Positions 1-9,559 of a DNA stretch of 64,000 nt are shown here, piece after piece. Numbering within the stretch: position 1 is the first letter of the stretch; every line of letters starts with the position of its first letter. The translations under genes were made by a program, and so were the position numbers. Source of the DNA: Pseudothermotoga sp. (GTDB lineage: Bacteria > Thermotogota > Thermotogae > Thermotogales > DSM-5069). The notes under the pieces were generated by a model, which was not told the origin of the DNA, did not search any database, and saw nothing but the letters and a program-made list of their open reading frames with translations. The stretch lies in NCBI GenBank assembly GCA_031962025.1, contig JAVRKW010000003.1; one strand, given 5' to 3'.

Positions 1-2
1 GG

Positions 3-203
3 TTGTTTTTGGATTTTGTAGATCAAGTTGAAGGTAAAAGAAGAAGGATAACGATTCAATCACCAAAAGAAGATCTCACAAGTCAGCAGGTTTCAGAAGC
101 AATGGATATGTTAATAAGCCTTGGAGTACTGCCAAATACCTATGTAAAAGACAGAGCTGCAATAGTGGAAACAACTTCCAGTGAATTTTTCAACCTGGTT
201 TGA
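3..203 (+). CDS. DUF2922-family small protein (probably 5' truncated by the window edge)
   Basis: L-x-F...G-K...I-T-I-x-x-P-K-E-D-L-T...V-x-x-A-M-D pattern and C-terminal A-x-I-V-E-T-T resemble DUF2922; followed by a terminator. Confidence 0.7.
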   Translation: MFLDFVDQVEGKRRRITIQSPKEDLTSQQVSEAMDMLISLGVLPNTYVKDRAAIVETTSSEFFNLV

Positions 204-224
204 AAGAGCAGGTTGAAAAACACC

Positions 225-248
225 AAGCCCCCGAAAGGGGGCTTTTTT
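225..248 (+). terminator. Rho-independent terminator
   Basis: aagccccc-gaaa-gggggctt stem, GNRA loop, followed by T run. Confidence 0.9.
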
Positions 249-314
249 CATTTGTCAGTATCTTTAGAGATTTGACTTTTTTGACAGCAAACTTCAAGGT
301 TTTCTGATGCATTC

Positions 315-851
315 CTAACAGATCTTCAACAAATCTTGGATGTATTTTATTAAATGATCTGAGCCAACAAAAAAGTTGTCTTCAGATTCGTATTTTTGGC
401 TTTCACTATCGTCTTTATTGATCACAAAAACTGCATCACACTCATTTGGCAGAATCACTCGCCATTTTCTCTTGCCGACAAGCTCATTATCGTTGTCAGT
501 TGTAACTAAGATGTATTTGAATTCTTTGTTTGTATCTTTTTTCTTGAGCGCCCAGTACGCGGTTTGTGCTCCGCGCTCTCTAAGACTTTTCTTCACAGAG
601 ATTATGCACACAAGTTTCTTGCTATTTTTGCAAAATACGCAGATGTCTGCATCTGGTTTTTCTTTTACTTTTTCCTCTTTTACGGTGTACTCAATAGTAC
701 AAGGAGGTTCCTTTTTCACAGGACAATTTCTACAACGATTTACAATCAGAACCTCGTTGTTAGGAAGTTCTTCGAGCTTATTAACAACTGTCTCTTCTAT
801 TATTTTGCCTTCTTTTGATACTTGACTTTGTCTCTCACTATTTTGATTCAT
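315..851 (-). CDS. Putative type II restriction endonuclease, BsaWI/CCGG-family PD-(D/E)XK fold, unusually short (178 aa)
   Basis: KPDADI...IISVKKSLRERGAQTAYW matches the PD...SxKxxLRER motif of CCGG-family REases; divergent from a DNA MTase. Confidence 0.7.
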   Translation of the reverse strand: MNQNSERQSQVSKEGKIIEETVVNKLEELPNNEVLIVNRCRNCPVKKEPPCTIEYTVKEEKVKEKPDADICVFCKNSKKLVCIISVKKSLRERGAQTAYWALKKKDTNKEFKYILVTTDNDNELVGKRKWRVILPNECDAVFVINKDDSESQKYESEDNFFVGSDHLIKYIQDLLKIC

Positions 852-914
852 GGTTATTTTATGTTAAGATAACTGTGACAACAAAACAAGGCACAATTTT
901 TTGGGGGTATAAAA

Positions 915-1889
915 ATGCGGTATATGAAGTCAAACCTTGCGGTAGAGGTGAAATTGCGTTTTGATTCGATGATGCACGAAAAGCTGAAAGAACTTGCCAG
1001 AGTAAAAGACCTTAGCTTGAGCAAACTCGTCAATGATTTGTTGAAAATCACCCTTCAGGGCGAAACATCTGGTACATTGAATGAAGTTATGTTCAGTGAA
1101 AAACCGGCTATTATCTTTGAAACAAACGGATCAAGACTGTACAACAACGATTTTTTGAGAGTGGATCTGTCAGAATATATTGGCAAGGTAAATCTGATTG
1201 TGACATCTCCACCGTACAATGTCGCTGTCGAATACGATTTGCATAATGACGAAACGAGTTACGAAGAATATCTGAAGTTTACAGAAGCATGGCTCAAGAA
1301 GGTTTACGTACTTCTTGCAGACGACGGAAGATTATGTTTGAATATCCCGTTAGACAAAAACAAGCAGGGTATAAAGCCTGTTTATGCAGACATAGTTGCG
1401 ATTGCTAAGCGGGTTGGTCTTCAATACCAGTCCACAATAATCTGGAATGAACAAAATATATCGCGTAGAACAGCTTGGGGTAGCTGGATGAGTGCTTCAG
1501 CTCCGTATGTTATAGCTCCTGTTGAAATGATTGCTGTGTTCTACAAGAAAAGCTGGAAAAAACTCAAAGATGGGAAAAGTACTATAACAAAAGATGAATT
1601 CATTGAATGGACCAACGGTGTGTGGTCGTTCAGTGGAGAGAGCAAAAAGCGTGTTAATCATCCTGCACCGTTTCCAGTCGAACTACCCAGACGGTGTATA
1701 AGACTTTTTTCATATGAAGATGACATTGTCATGGACCCGTTTATTGGAAGCGGAACAACAATGATAGCCGCACTCAATGAAAACAGGCGGTGCATAGGGG
1801 TTGAAATAAGCAAAGCGTACATTGAAATAGCTATACAAAGAATTAAAAAAGAATGCCGTCCTTATCTGATTAACCCGAACACTATTTAA
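915..1889 (+). CDS. Beta-class DNA amino-methyltransferase (likely N4-cytosine) with N-terminal RHH-like extension
   Basis: Motif IV TSPPY precedes HPAPFP and motif I DPFIGSGTT; first ~45 aa show a strand-helix-helix pattern. Confidence 0.9.
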   Translation: MRYMKSNLAVEVKLRFDSMMHEKLKELARVKDLSLSKLVNDLLKITLQGETSGTLNEVMFSEKPAIIFETNGSRLYNNDFLRVDLSEYIGKVNLIVTSPPYNVAVEYDLHNDETSYEEYLKFTEAWLKKVYVLLADDGRLCLNIPLDKNKQGIKPVYADIVAIAKRVGLQYQSTIIWNEQNISRRTAWGSWMSASAPYVIAPVEMIAVFYKKSWKKLKDGKSTITKDEFIEWTNGVWSFSGESKKRVNHPAPFPVELPRRCIRLFSYEDDIVMDPFIGSGTTMIAALNENRRCIGVEISKAYIEIAIQRIKKECRPYLINPNTI

Positions 1890-1972
1890 AGAAAAAGAAA
1901 AATAGTGCCAAGTAAGATATAGTGCTAAAATCTAATAGAGACTGTACACGGGCTTTTGCAAGGGGTGATAAA

Positions 1973-3286
1973 ATGGAATTTTTGATGTGCGATCTTCCTG
2001 AGGATGTGCAGAGAGAAGAAAGATTGGGGAATTTTACTTTGGCATTTAAATTGATTGACAAATGGCTCAAAGATGAGAGAATCACAAAGATTCAAAAACA
2101 GAGACTTTTGTACGAAAAAGAAAGAATTAAGATGATTCTGGAAAATTATCCATTTACAGAGGAACAGGCTATAGCCAGATCGAAAGAGTTGATCAAAGAT
2201 TTCACCTATGATGAATTTTACGAACTTATTGAAAATGGATACATCGATTACATAGTTGTAGAAGGTAAGAGAAGGTTTCAAGAAAGATTCATACCAAACA
2301 TCGGCTTTGCCTTACCAGATTACAAAAACAGGATGCAGCCGGACGAAAATTCACAGAAAGCAAAGGAAATCCTGCACAGAAGATTAGATCAATTGCTAGC
2401 TGAAGATCAGCCAAGAAAGTACAGAGTGAGGATAAAGATCTCCTGCAAAATAAATGGCGATGGGGATAAGTTTCGCGTCTGGCTTCCTTTCCCAAAAGAA
2501 GAATTTCAAATCAGTGATGTGAAATTGATATCCACAAGTCACAGAGATTATTTCATTTCACCAAACAGCGTGCCACAAAGAACGATATATTTTGAATCAA
2601 CCGATACAGATTATTTTGTAGAGTTTGAATACACGGTTGGAGAATGGATAAACAAAGTGGATCCACACAAGGTTGAAAAAAGGGATATAGACAGTTATCT
2701 GTGTGAAGAACCACCTCATATAGTTTTCAGCCCGTATCTGAAAAGATTAGCTGAGCAGATAGTGCAAGGTGAATCGAACGACTATTTAAAAGCGATGAAG
2801 ATCTATGACTGGATCACAACTCACGTTAGATATTCTTATGTCAGACCTTATGCAACCTTTGAGAATATATCCAAATACGTTTCAGAAAACCTGAAAGGTG
2901 ATTGTGGCTTTCAGGCAATTTTATTCATAACCTTGTGCAGAATCGTCGGTGTACCTGCGAGGTGGCAATCTGGCTGGTATGCAAATCCCGTTTTTGCTTC
3001 ATCGCACGATTGGGCTCTGTTTTATGTAAAACCCTATGGATGGCTTCCTGTAGACCCATCTTTTGGTGGTGCAAGAAGGGATAACGAACGATATCGCAGG
3101 TTTTACTTTGGCAACCTTGACGGTTTTAGGATGGTGGCTAATTCAGATTTTATGAAAGATTTTGAACCAAAGACAGTGTTTTACAGGGAAGATCCAACAG
3201 ACAATCAGACAGGAGAAGCTGAATCAAATAACGGTAAAGTCAAGTTACAAACCAAAATCGAGGTAATTTCATTTGAACAATTGTGA
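1973..3286 (+). CDS. Transglutaminase-like (Cys-His-Asp) domain protein
   Basis: GDCG...GVPARW...HDWA...WLPVDPS; SD aggggtg before ATG 1973. Confidence 0.85.
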   Translation: MEFLMCDLPEDVQREERLGNFTLAFKLIDKWLKDERITKIQKQRLLYEKERIKMILENYPFTEEQAIARSKELIKDFTYDEFYELIENGYIDYIVVEGKRRFQERFIPNIGFALPDYKNRMQPDENSQKAKEILHRRLDQLLAEDQPRKYRVRIKISCKINGDGDKFRVWLPFPKEEFQISDVKLISTSHRDYFISPNSVPQRTIYFESTDTDYFVEFEYTVGEWINKVDPHKVEKRDIDSYLCEEPPHIVFSPYLKRLAEQIVQGESNDYLKAMKIYDWITTHVRYSYVRPYATFENISKYVSENLKGDCGFQAILFITLCRIVGVPARWQSGWYANPVFASSHDWALFYVKPYGWLPVDPSFGGARRDNERYRRFYFGNLDGFRMVANSDFMKDFEPKTVFYREDPTDNQTGEAESNNGKVKLQTKIEVISFEQL

Positions 3287-3299
3287 GAGGAGAATGCAA

Positions 3300-4334
3300 A
3301 TGAGCAAAATAACAAATGTGGAGTTTGTCTTCAAAACGTATGAATATGAGAAACCTTTTCACATAACCGGTAGCATTTCGTCTCAAGCGACAAATATCGA
3401 GGTAAGGATCACCACGGCAGATGGAATACATGGCTATGGAGAGGCATCGCCTTCTTTTAGAGTTAATGGAGAAAAGCCGGAAATGATCATGGCACTTGAA
3501 AATCATGTGAAGGAAATGCTTCTTGGAATGGATGTTAAAGAGTACAGGAAAATCTTTCAGATTACAGACAAACTTTTTGCTGTACCAAGCTTGAAGGCTG
3601 CGGTTCAGTTTGCCGTTTTGGATGCACTCGGTGAGGAAACAGGGCTTGAGGTCTACCAGTTGCTTGGAGGAGCAACAAAGCAAATAGAGACCGATAAAAC
3701 CGTGGGTATAGACACTCTGCCCAACAGGGTTACGGATGCGAAAAAGATCTTCGATGCAGGTTTTAAGGTGATCAAAATAAAGGTGGGAGAAAATTTAAAA
3801 GAAGACATCGAAGCAATGTACGAGATTTACAAGGTCAGCAAAGGTGCAAAATACATAGTTGATGCGAATATGGGATACACACCGAAGCAAGCTGTTGAAT
3901 TTGCAAATCAGGTTTATCAAGCCGGGATTGATATCGCAGTTTTTGAGCAGCCGGTTTATGTGAGTGATATCGATGGACTCAGATTCGTCAGGTTCAACGT
4001 GCCATTTCCAGTTGCGGCGGATGAATCGGCAAAGACGAAGTTCGATGTACTGAGGTTGATAAAAGAAGAAGCAATAGATTATGTGAATATAAAGCTTATG
4101 AAATCTGGTATAAGTGATGCTCTTTCGATAGTTGAATTGGCAAAAAGTGCAAATATAAGACTGATGATCGGCTGCATGAGTGAATCAAGTGTTGGAATAA
4201 ATCAGAGTGTGCATTTTGCACTTGGTACAGGTGCTTTCGATTTTTGCGATCTGGATAGTCATTTGATGCTCAAGGAAGAAAAGTTCAGGGGTAAATTCAT
4301 TCAGGACGGACCAAAGATGGTTGCAAGAAGGTGA
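3300..4334 (+). CDS. Dipeptide epimerase, enolase superfamily (L-Ala-D/L-Xaa; TM0006/YkfB-like)
   Basis: KIKVG, DAN, EQP, DES, NIKLMKSG and DLD motifs. Confidence 0.9.
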   Translation: MSKITNVEFVFKTYEYEKPFHITGSISSQATNIEVRITTADGIHGYGEASPSFRVNGEKPEMIMALENHVKEMLLGMDVKEYRKIFQITDKLFAVPSLKAAVQFAVLDALGEETGLEVYQLLGGATKQIETDKTVGIDTLPNRVTDAKKIFDAGFKVIKIKVGENLKEDIEAMYEIYKVSKGAKYIVDANMGYTPKQAVEFANQVYQAGIDIAVFEQPVYVSDIDGLRFVRFNVPFPVAADESAKTKFDVLRLIKEEAIDYVNIKLMKSGISDALSIVELAKSANIRLMIGCMSESSVGINQSVHFALGTGAFDFCDLDSHLMLKEEKFRGKFIQDGPKMVARR

Positions 4335-4338
4335 AAAG

Positions 4339-5700
4339 ATGTACATATACCAGGTGCAGGAAATGTTGAGACAGAGGAAAACAACTCCAACAAAGATTCT
4401 AAAACAGTGTATAAGTAAAATAGAAGAGCACGGAGCTCTGAATGCGTTCATAACTTTGACAATAGATGAAGCAAGAAGACAGGCAAAAGAACAGGATCAG
4501 ATGCTCAAGACAGCAGATGTGGAAAAGCTGCCACCACTTTTCGGAATACCCATAGCTTTGAAAGATCTCATATACACCAAGGGCATCAGAACAACTGCCG
4601 GAAGTCTTTTCTGGAAAGATTTCATTCCAGATGAAGATGCTTTCATCGTTAAAAAGCTCAAAAAGGCTGGAGCGATAATCGTTGGAAAAACGAACATGCA
4701 CGAAATAGCACTCGGTGTGACGAACAACAACATTTATTTTGGTGCTTGCAAAAATCCTTATGATCACACGAGAATTTCTGGAGGATCGTCTGGCGGTTCT
4801 GCTGTTGCGGTTGCTACAGGAATGGCTCTTGCAGCCATTGGAACCGACACAGGAGGATCTATAAGAATTCCATCTGCACTGTGTGGCACTGTGGGGTTAA
4901 AGCCAACTTATGCAAGAGTGAGTCTTAGAGGTGTGATACCGCTTTCATGGCATCTGGACCATGCTGGACCAATAACAAATTGTGTGAAAGATGCATGGAT
5001 TGTTTTGAGTGTGATAGAAGGTTATGATCGAAAAGATCCATTTTCTTTGAACGCTAAAAAAACAAAGAGCCCTGAATTTGACAGACCAATCAATGGTATA
5101 AGGGTGGTAAAGGCAGAAGGAGAGTTTTTCCAAAAAGCCGATCAAAATATTCTAAAAAGATTGCAAGTTGCGGCAGAGTTGTTTGAAAAACTCGGTGCAA
5201 CTGTGTATTCTGAAAATATGGACTGGATCAAGGATGCAGCTATGGCAAATGGTTTGATAACCCAGACTGAAGCGGCAGCTTTCCATAAACAGAGATTGAA
5301 GGAAAAGCCCCAGTGGTTTTCTGAAGATGTGAGACACAGACTGAACGAAGGTTTGCAGACATCCGGAACAGATTATGCATACGCAAGATACACACAGACT
5401 GTTACAAAGCACAGGTTTAAAGAGTTTTTTGAAAAGTACGATATTCTCTTACTCCCAACAGTTCCAATTACTGCACCGCCTATTGAAGGTGAAGGTGCTG
5501 TTGAATTGGCAAGAAGACTCACCAGATTTACAGCACCTTTCAATATCACAGGACTACCGGCTGTTTCAGTACCCATTGGAAAAGTGGATGGTCTTCCTGT
5601 CGGTGTGCAAATAGTTTCAAGTGCCTGGAATGAAAGGTTTTTACTCCGCGTCGCATATCAGTTGGAATCAATGATACAGAAAACAAGCAACCTGGTGTGA
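4339..5700 (+). CDS. Amidase-signature family enzyme
   Basis: GIPIALKD, GKTNMHE, GGSSGGSA, GTDTGGSIRIP (Ser-cisSer-Lys triad). Confidence 0.9.
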   Translation: MYIYQVQEMLRQRKTTPTKILKQCISKIEEHGALNAFITLTIDEARRQAKEQDQMLKTADVEKLPPLFGIPIALKDLIYTKGIRTTAGSLFWKDFIPDEDAFIVKKLKKAGAIIVGKTNMHEIALGVTNNNIYFGACKNPYDHTRISGGSSGGSAVAVATGMALAAIGTDTGGSIRIPSALCGTVGLKPTYARVSLRGVIPLSWHLDHAGPITNCVKDAWIVLSVIEGYDRKDPFSLNAKKTKSPEFDRPINGIRVVKAEGEFFQKADQNILKRLQVAAELFEKLGATVYSENMDWIKDAAMANGLITQTEAAAFHKQRLKEKPQWFSEDVRHRLNEGLQTSGTDYAYARYTQTVTKHRFKEFFEKYDILLLPTVPITAPPIEGEGAVELARRLTRFTAPFNITGLPAVSVPIGKVDGLPVGVQIVSSAWNERFLLRVAYQLESMIQKTSNLV

Positions 5701-6642
5701 TTTTTCAGCACCTTTGAGTTCAGGTACATTTTCGTGGCATTTTTTCATGGCATAAGGACATCTTGATGCGAATAGACATGCCTGTGGTGGATCTATTGGG
5801 GATGTGATTTCACCTTGAATTGGTTGAATTTTCTTCAATTTTCTCATTCTGGGATCTGCAACTGGAACAGAAGCAATCAGAGCCTGGGTATATGGGTGCA
5901 ATGGATTGTTAAACAGTTCCTTTGAACTTGCAAGTTCTACAACTCTTCCAAGATACATCACAGCGATGCTGTCGCTTATGTATTTGACAACCGCAAGGTC
6001 GTGTGCGATGAATATATAGGTCAAATTGTATTTTTCTTTCAGAGAAGTCAATAGATTGATGACCTGTGCCTGAACAGAAACATCCAGTGCAGAAACCGGT
6101 TCGTCACAGATGAGCAATTCTGGTTGCATAACCAATGCTCGAGCAATACCTATTCTCTGTCTTTGACCACCAGAAAACTCATGAGGGTATCTGTACAGAT
6201 ACTCCGGTCTAAGGCCAACACTCTCCAGAACCTGTGATGCTAAAAGTCTTTTTTCGTCGTACGATAATTTCATGGAAGATAATCCTTCTGTTACTATCTG
6301 AAAAACTGTCAATCTGGGGTTTAGAGAACTGTACGGATCTTGAAAGATCATCTGGATTTTTCTGCGGTAATTTTGAAGAGTTTTTTCGTTGATGGAGAAA
6401 AGATCCACTCGATTTTCTTTATCTGAATAAATGGCTTTTCCAGAGGTTGGCTGGTACAGTCTCACAATCAGCCTGCCAAGGGTTGTTTTACCACAGCCAG
6501 ATTCACCAACAAGACCGAAGGTTTCACCGCGATTGACAGTGAAAGAAACACCATCCACAGCCTTCAGGTAGGATTTTCTGGCAAAGTATCTCTTTATTGG
6601 GAACCATTTGCTGACATTTTCAAGTTCAAGAATTTTGTCCAT
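5668..6642 (-). CDS. oppF: Oligopeptide/dipeptide ABC transporter ATP-binding subunit (OppF/DppF-like)
   Basis: [20 protein letters not shown]-terminal Cys cluster; start moved to MDKILE. Confidence 0.9.
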   Translation of the reverse strand: MDKILELENVSKWFPIKRYFARKSYLKAVDGVSFTVNRGETFGLVGESGCGKTTLGRLIVRLYQPTSGKAIYSDKENRVDLFSINEKTLQNYRRKIQMIFQDPYSSLNPRLTVFQIVTEGLSSMKLSYDEKRLLASQVLESVGLRPEYLYRYPHEFSGGQRQRIGIARALVMQPELLICDEPVSALDVSVQAQVINLLTSLKEKYNLTYIFIAHDLAVVKYISDSIAVMYLGRVVELASSKELFNNPLHPYTQALIASVPVADPRMRKLKKIQPIQGEITSPIDPPQACLFASRCPYAMKKCHENVPELKGAEKSHQVACFLYH

Positions 6643-7621
6643 CTGACATTCCCTCGCTATAAAGCCAGCATTTAACCACGTGATCTGGTTCAACAGAAAA
6701 ATTCTGTGGTTTTTGCTTTGAGCAGATATCTTTTTTGAAAACACATCTTGGGTGAAACCTGCAACCGGATGGATATCTTGCAGGATGTGGAACCACTCCT
6801 TCGATTGATGCGAGTTTTTCTTTGCGTGATTCATTTTGATTTATCTTTGGGACAGAATTCAAAAGGGCTTTTGTGTACGGATGCAGGGGATTTTCAAAAA
6901 GTTTATAGACGTCCGCTTTTTCTATCACCTGTCCTGCGTACATGACAACGACTTTGTCACACATCTCAGCCACCACGGCGAGGTTGTGTGTTATGAGTAG
7001 AATAGCCGTGTTGAATTTTTCCTTTAGATCGAGCATCAGTTTAAGTACCTGCGCCTGTATAGTGACATCAAGGGCTGTTGTTGGTTCGTCAGCTATCAAA
7101 AGTTTTGGATTACAGGCTAAAGCCATCGCTATCATTACACGTTGTCTCATACCACCAGAAAGTTGATTGGGATAATGATCATATCTTCGTTCTGGCTCTG
7201 GTATCTTTACACTTGCCAGCATCTGTATGGCTTTGTTTTTTCGTTCTTCTCTGCTTATTTTCTCGTGAAGTTCATAAACTTCTTCTAACTGCCAGCCGAT
7301 GGTGTAAACGGGATTTAAGGATGACATCGGCTCTTGAAAAATCATCGAGATCTCTTTTCCCCTGATTTTGTACAGCTCGTCTTTTGGCAATTTCAGAAGA
7401 TCAATGCCGTTGAACCATATATGTGAATCGTCTGAAATAAAGGCATTCTTGGGTAAAAGCCTTGTTATTGCGTATGCTGTGACAGTTTTACCACAGCCAG
7501 ACTCACCCACGATACCGAGTATCTCCCCATCGTTGACATCAAAAGATACATCGTCTATGGGAACAATTCTTCCCGCGTTTGTTTTAAATCCAACTTTGAG
7601 GTTTTCTACCTTCAAAAGCAT
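6626..7621 (-). CDS. oppD: Oligopeptide/dipeptide ABC transporter ATP-binding subunit (OppD/DppD-like)
   Basis: [35 protein letters not shown]. Confidence 0.92.
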   Translation of the reverse strand: MLLKVENLKVGFKTNAGRIVPIDDVSFDVNDGEILGIVGESGCGKTVTAYAITRLLPKNAFISDDSHIWFNGIDLLKLPKDELYKIRGKEISMIFQEPMSSLNPVYTIGWQLEEVYELHEKISREERKNKAIQMLASVKIPEPERRYDHYPNQLSGGMRQRVMIAMALACNPKLLIADEPTTALDVTIQAQVLKLMLDLKEKFNTAILLITHNLAVVAEMCDKVVVMYAGQVIEKADVYKLFENPLHPYTKALLNSVPKINQNESRKEKLASIEGVVPHPARYPSGCRFHPRCVFKKDICSKQKPQNFSVEPDHVVKCWLYSEGMSDGQNS

Positions 7622-7630
7622 TGAATCACC

Positions 7631-8557
7631 TCAAGCCTCACTGACAAATTTCGGATCCAGAGCATCGCGAAGTCCATCTCCCAGGAAGTTAACGCTCAGA
7701 ACCGTTATAAAAATCATAAAACCTGGAAAGAAAACAAGCCACCACGGTACTGTACTTGAATGACCTGTTGATAAAATGTAATTCATCGATCTTTGAAGCA
7801 TATTACCCCACGATGGTGTGGGAGGTTGTATACCAAGTCCAAGATAGCTCAGAGAAGATTCAGATAGTATCGCGTAGGAAAGATTGAGTGTCATTGATAC
7901 AATTGTTATTGGCATTGCGTTTGGCAGGATGTGCTTGAATAGGACTTTTATTCTCTTTGTACCAAGAACTCGTGCAGCCATTATGTATTCATTCTCTCTT
8001 ATTGACAGAACAACACCTCTCACCAATCTCGATACACCCATCCATCCAAAAACAGACAGTACGAGAATGGTATTTGTCAAGCCTGAACCAAAGACCATAG
8101 TGAGTATGAGCAGTATGGGGAAAAGTGGTATTGAGAGCATGACGTCGACAAATCTCATCAACAATCTGTCAACTATGCCACCAAAGTATCCAGAGATCAA
8201 TCCAATCAGCAAACCGATTGCAGTTGTGATTAGAGAAGACACAAACCCAACAAAAAGCGATATTCTTCCACCATACATGACTCTTACAAGTACATCCCTG
8301 CCAAGTTCATCGGTGCCAAAAAGGTGGTTTTCAGAAAAAGGTGGTGCAAAGATGGCAGATAGATCAAATTCATCGTACGCCGTTTTAACAAAGAAAGGTC
8401 CAAGTAAACTGAGCACAGTTACGATAATAAGTGAAACCAAGCCAAAAAGTGCCAAGCGATGTTTTAAAAATCTTTTTTTAACTAACTGCCAGTAAGTTCC
8501 AACCGGTATGATCGCACTGTCCTGCAGTTGTTCGATCTTTTTCTTCATCAAAAGCAT
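7631..8557 (-). CDS. oppC: Peptide ABC transporter permease (OppC/DppC-like)
   Basis: HLFGTDELGRD, EAA loop EYIMAARVLG, SYLGLG, GDGLRDALDP. Confidence 0.92.
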   Translation of the reverse strand: MLLMKKKIEQLQDSAIIPVGTYWQLVKKRFLKHRLALFGLVSLIIVTVLSLLGPFFVKTAYDEFDLSAIFAPPFSENHLFGTDELGRDVLVRVMYGGRISLFVGFVSSLITTAIGLLIGLISGYFGGIVDRLLMRFVDVMLSIPLFPILLILTMVFGSGLTNTILVLSVFGWMGVSRLVRGVVLSIRENEYIMAARVLGTKRIKVLFKHILPNAMPITIVSMTLNLSYAILSESSLSYLGLGIQPPTPSWGNMLQRSMNYILSTGHSSTVPWWLVFFPGFMIFITVLSVNFLGDGLRDALDPKFVSEA

Positions 8558-8561
8558 TTTC

Positions 8562-9548
8562 TCACACCGCCTTTGCACCAAGTCTTATTCTTGGATCAAC
8601 TACGGCATAGAGAATATCTGCAAGCAGATTTGACAGTAAGGTGATAACGGCTATGAACATCAGGCAATTCACAGCCAGATTGTAGTCACTTGCCAGAACT
8701 GCTTCATACATTAACCTTCCCATGCCGGGCCAGGAAAAAACCGTTTCAACGATCAATGCACCGCCGAAAAAATATGGTATATCGAGTGCTATTATGGTGA
8801 TAATTGGTATCATGGCATTTCTCAGAGCGTGTTTTAGAATCACCCTTTTTTCCTGTGCACCTTTTGAATAAGCGGTCCTTATGTAATCTTGATCGAGTAC
8901 TTCTAACAGAGCTGTTCTTATGTATCTCACCCAGTATGCAACCTGAACCAGACCCAGGACCAGAGCAGGCAAAGTCAAATGTTTGAGTCTATCGACAAAG
9001 ATATTCCACGAACCTGAGATACCGTATGTTTGAACACCAGAGATGGGAAACCAGCCAAGTACCACAGAAAATATGATTATTGCCATCAATGCAAACCAGA
9101 AGGTTGGTAAAGAGATGCCGATAAAAGCAAGAACAGTGAAAAAATAGTCAAAAAACGAATATTTCTTAACAGCGGAGTATATGCCTATTGGAAAAGCAAC
9201 CACAAGTCCTATCAACCACGCAGTTATTGTCAGTGTGAGTGTATTTGGCAACCTTTTGAGAATTATACCAAGCACAGGTTGTTTGTACATCGAGGAAAAA
9301 CCAAGATCGCCTTTGAGAAAACTTTTAAGCCAGAAGCCATATCTGACTATCAAAGGATCATCAAGGTGGTAGTATTTTCTCAGTTCAGCGATCTTGGCTG
9401 GATCTTTCATGAGCGCACGCGGGTTTTCCAAGCGACTTGCAAGTAATGGATCACCGGGCATGGCATTGAGTATGAAAAAGATTATCAGAGAAATGAGAAA
9501 AAATACGGGGATTAATTCTATTAACCTGAGAATCAAATATCTTTTCAA
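8562..9548 (-). CDS. oppB: Peptide ABC transporter permease (OppB/DppB-like)
   Basis: PGDP, GDLG, DYIRTAYSKG, HALRNA, ETVFSWPGMG, DPRIR. Confidence 0.92.
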   Translation of the reverse strand: MKRYLILRLIELIPVFFLISLIIFFILNAMPGDPLLASRLENPRALMKDPAKIAELRKYYHLDDPLIVRYGFWLKSFLKGDLGFSSMYKQPVLGIILKRLPNTLTLTITAWLIGLVVAFPIGIYSAVKKYSFFDYFFTVLAFIGISLPTFWFALMAIIIFSVVLGWFPISGVQTYGISGSWNIFVDRLKHLTLPALVLGLVQVAYWVRYIRTALLEVLDQDYIRTAYSKGAQEKRVILKHALRNAMIPIITIIALDIPYFFGGALIVETVFSWPGMGRLMYEAVLASDYNLAVNCLMFIAVITLLSNLLADILYAVVDPRIRLGAKAV

Positions 9549-9559
9549 ATTTCTACCTC

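Noticed and set aside
1902..1928. CIRCE (HrcA) element
   Set aside because: Only right-half-like AGTGCTAA copies in direct orientation; the TTAGCACTC arm is missing
4339..5700. Calling the amidase gatA
   Set aside because: No gatB/gatC adjacent and the context is catabolic; a generic amidase-signature call is safer
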